A DNA stretch of 64,000 nucleotides, taken from a bacterium (GTDB lineage Bacteria; Zhuqueibacterota; Zhuqueibacteria; Residuimicrobiales; Krinioviventaceae). The notes under the pieces are model-generated. The model did not search any database. It had not been told where the DNA came from and saw only the letters and a program-made list of their open reading frames with translations. The stretch is from contig CAXXFV010000003.1 in assembly GCA_963674595.2 (NCBI GenBank), positions 192,001 to 256,000 of the forward strand, written 5' to 3'. Positions within the stretch are counted from its first letter, which is position 1. Each line of letters opens with the position of its first letter. Below are positions 61,315 to 64,000 of this stretch, one piece after another. Made by a program: the position numbers and the translations under genes.

Positions 61315-61857
61315 TTATTTTTTAACATTCAAGTCATTTTGTTGAAAATCTTTATAAAGTAAACTGGGCTGAATACCGGAATTGCCCTGGTATTTTCCGC
61401 TATTATAATTTACATAATCACCTTCAATTGTGTGATAATAAATCTGACAGACCTGTACACCGGCATAAATTTTAACCGGCTGCACACAAAAAATTTCCAG
61501 GGTCCAAAATCCCTTAAAACCAACATCGCCAAATCCTGCCGTAACGTGGATAAAAACACCCAACCTGCCAATGGATGAACGTCCCTCCAGCATAGGGACC
61601 AGATTACGGGTTTCAGTATATTCAACGGTCCTGCCCAAATACAATGTGTTCGGTTCCAGCAACAGGCCCTCGTCCGGAATGGTGATTAACTGCGCCTTGT
61701 TCTCACGTTTCATGTCCAGTTCTTTGTTTTCATACACCAGCAGTTCGTTATAAAGAGACAAGTTATAGCTGTTTGGATTCAGTCTTTTTTCATTAAAAGG
61801 ATCAATAACAATATCCCCGCCGATGCGTCTTTCAATTTCCTTACCTGAAAGTATCAT
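61315..61857 (-). CDS. dcd: dCTP deaminase; true start 61857
   Basis: MILSG.EI, NPNSYNL, EGRSSIGRLG, TAGFGDVGF.G..TLEI, KYQG. Confidence 0.93.
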   Translation of the reverse strand: MILSGKEIERRIGGDIVIDPFNEKRLNPNSYNLSLYNELLVYENKELDMKRENKAQLITIPDEGLLLEPNTLYLGRTVEYTETRNLVPMLEGRSSIGRLGVFIHVTAGFGDVGFKGFWTLEIFCVQPVKIYAGVQVCQIYYHTIEGDYVNYNSGKYQGNSGIQPSLLYKDFQQNDLNVKK

Positions 61858-61892
61858 TTGTATTCCTAAATTTATTGTCCAGTTCGCAAAAA

Positions 61893-62078
61893 TCACATTA
61901 TATAATTTACAAAAGCCACAATCAGCTTTATAAAAGGCCATAAAAAAAGCAGTACTAAAAACAGGGCAATCCATTTTATATTATTTTTCTGCTGAGGTAA
62001 TTCATACCCGCATATTGGACAAACCTGTTCTCTTTTGTCAATCTCGACAGCACAAGAAGGGCACTCTCTTTTTTGCAT
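61893..62078 (-). CDS. Small zinc-ribbon membrane protein
   Basis: CPSC..CPICG plus C-terminal TM; RBS GGAG. Confidence 0.78.
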   Translation of the reverse strand: MQKRECPSCAVEIDKREQVCPICGYELPQQKNNIKWIALFLVLLFLWPFIKLIVAFVNYIM

Positions 62079-62196
62079 AACCGCTCCATTCTATAAAACA
62101 TGAGAAAAAGTGTACTTATATTTGCATTAAAAAGCAAGAATTTTCGTTTATAACCCCAACGATACGATAGTTCCTAAATCAGCTTGGAACAAATAT

Positions 62197-62225
62197 TGAC
62201 AATAGGTAAACATTTTTATATATTG
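62197..62225 (+). promoter_or_regulatory. Sigma70-type promoter of aminopeptidase operon
   Basis: TTGACA followed by TATATT. Confidence 0.55.
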
Positions 62226-62263
62226 CGCTGTGTTGTTTTTAACAATTTCTACAGGAGAATGAA

Positions 62264-63379
62264 ATGAACGATCCCAGATATGATAAACTTGCCGATGTCC
62301 TGATACATCATTCTACCCAATTACAAAAAGACGAAAATATTTTAATAGAGGCAATAGATATACCGTCGGAAATGGTTGTTGCGTTAATGCGGAAAGCTAA
62401 AAAGGCCGGGGGCAATCCCTTTGTAACCATTAAACAAAACACAATTCTTCGCGAAATTTATTCATTGTCTTCTGAAAATGCCATGCAGCTTGTTGGCAGC
62501 CTTGAAGCCCAGCGTATGGAAAAAATGGACGCCTATATCGGTCTTCGCGGCAGTTATAACATAAACGAACTTTCGGACGTCCCGGATGCACAGATGAAAA
62601 TCTATCAAAAACATTGGTGGCAGCCTGTACATCTGGATGTACGCGTTCCCAAAACAAAATGGGTTGTACTGCGCTGGCCGCATGCGTCTATGGCACAGCA
62701 GGCGGGTATGAGCACCGAAGCCTTTGAAAAATTTTATTTTGATGTTTGTACAATGGATTATGGTAAAATGTCCAAAGCGATGGACTCTCTCGTAGAGCGT
62801 ATGGAAAAAGCGGACAAGGTGCATATTACAGGTATCGGAACAGATCTTACATTTTCAATAAAAGGTTTCAAGGCTGTTAAATGTGACGGCGGCCGAAACA
62901 TTCCGGACGGCGAGGTGTTTACCGCGCCTGTAAAAAATTCGGTAAACGGGTATATCACCTATACGGCCAAAACCATCTACCAGGGCATTGTACACGAAAA
63001 TATTCGGTTAGAGTTTAGAGACGGCAAAATCATCAAGGCAACATCCGATAAAACAGAGGCTTTAAATAAAGTACTGGATACGGATGAAGGTGCACGATAT
63101 ATCGGTGAATTTGCCTTTGGTCTGAATCCATATATTACCGATCCCATGCTGGATATATTATTTGACGAAAAAATAGGTGGATCTTTTCATTTTACGCCCG
63201 GTGCCGCCTATGATGAAACCGACAATGGCAATAAATCCCAGGTCCATTGGGACATGGTTTGTATACAAACCCCAGAATATGGCGGCGGAGAAATTTATTT
63301 CGATGACGAACTGGTACGTAAAGATGGGCAATTCGTATCCAAAGACTTGTTGGCATTAAATCCGGATAACCTAAAATAA
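62264..63379 (+). CDS. Aminopeptidase, M29 (AmpS/thermophilic metalloprotease) family
   Basis: NIPDGEVFTAP, GARYIGEFA, LFDEKIGGSFH, NKSQVHWD. Confidence 0.93.
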   Translation: MNDPRYDKLADVLIHHSTQLQKDENILIEAIDIPSEMVVALMRKAKKAGGNPFVTIKQNTILREIYSLSSENAMQLVGSLEAQRMEKMDAYIGLRGSYNINELSDVPDAQMKIYQKHWWQPVHLDVRVPKTKWVVLRWPHASMAQQAGMSTEAFEKFYFDVCTMDYGKMSKAMDSLVERMEKADKVHITGIGTDLTFSIKGFKAVKCDGGRNIPDGEVFTAPVKNSVNGYITYTAKTIYQGIVHENIRLEFRDGKIIKATSDKTEALNKVLDTDEGARYIGEFAFGLNPYITDPMLDILFDEKIGGSFHFTPGAAYDETDNGNKSQVHWDMVCIQTPEYGGGEIYFDDELVRKDGQFVSKDLLALNPDNLK

Positions 63380-63395
63380 TTAAACGGAGTATCTA

Positions 63396-63611
63396 ATGAA
63401 GGTGTCAATAGAATATTGTGCGGTGTGAAACTATTATCCATATGCTGCCAGGTTGGCAGATGCAATAAAACAAAAATTTAATATTACAGCAGATCTGATA
63501 AAATCGAGCGGCGGCGTCTTTGAAATACATAAAGACGGGCAATTAATATTTTCAAAAAGACAAACTGGACGTTTTCCGGAAACGGACGAAATACTGGAAA
63601 AGCTATTATAA
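63396..63611 (+). CDS. SelT/SelW/SelH (Rdx) family selenoprotein, UGA-Sec at 63426-63428
   Basis: MKVSIEYCAV-U-NYYPYAARLADAI..SSGGVFEI..DGQLIFSK..GRFPE (71 aa); RBS GGAG; absent from ORF track. Confidence 0.9.
63445..63459 (+). promoter_or_regulatory. Putative bacterial SECIS hairpin
   Basis: CTGCCA-GGT-TGGCAG; G-containing loop 22 nt after the UGA. Confidence 0.72.
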
Positions 63612-63646
63612 AGGAGCACGTTACGTCAACAACAAAAAACACAGAT

Positions 63647-64000
63647 ATGCAAATAGCAGCAGCACTTTCAGATGCCAAAAATCTGGAATTCATTAAAGCT
63701 TTGGATAGGCTGGAAAATTTAACAGAAGAACCCGTCAAAACTTTAACCCTAATTTTACAGGCACGATGTTATTTGGGAATTGATGATTGGGCAAAAGCAG
63801 AAAAATGTTATAAAAATATCCTTAAAACATGCAAACCGGATGAATATTTCGAACGGGCAGAGGCAGAACTCATTCTGGGGCAAACAGAAAACGCCTTGAA
63901 ATCATTTCATGCCGGACTACAAGTAAACCAGGAAAATGGCGAGGCTTATTTTTTAAACGGATTGGTTAATTATAAAACCGGACGAGTAGTAGCAGCGTTG
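63647..64000 (+). CDS. TPR-repeat protein, 3'-truncated by window edge
   Basis: Open frame MQIAAALSDAK..ARCYLGIDDWAKAEKCY..AYFLNGLVNYKTG to the window end. Confidence 0.75.
   Translation, partial: MQIAAALSDAKNLEFIKALDRLENLTEEPVKTLTLILQARCYLGIDDWAKAEKCYKNILKTCKPDEYFERAEAELILGQTENALKSFHAGLQVNQENGEAYFLNGLVNYKTGRVVAAL

Noticed and set aside
63434-63738. Minus-strand ORFs 63434..63619 and 63484..63738
   Set aside because: Shadow ORFs opposite the selenoprotein and TPR genes

Overview
AT-rich bacterial chromosomal window. Tat-lipoprotein sulfatases, an ECF/FecR/TonB system and FlgD-Ig/T9SS-like C-terminal domains suggest an FCB-related lineage such as KSB1 or Calditrichota (inference). It is mostly an accessory region of + strand genes for exported glycan/sulfate catabolism (3 sulfatases, GH109, 2 BNR/sialidase-like proteins, a GxGYxYP protein, an SSS symporter with a FAD oxidoreductase), lipoproteins and transporters. 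It also holds a decayed IS256, an intact IS1182, a SIR2-like candidate defence pair and vapBC. It ends in core-like genes: nrdDG under a cobalamin riboswitch, dcd, an M29 aminopeptidase and a SelW/Rdx selenoprotein missed by the ORF track. The most unusual signal is a dispersed intergenic family. Seven co-oriented homologous promoters occur, four of them followed by a conserved leader (about 190-200 nt in three copies, about 100 nt and degenerate in one) with an apparently covarying hairpin, placed upstream of unrelated accessory genes. No rRNA, tRNA or CRISPR array was seen. All family assignments are by motif recognition, not database search.
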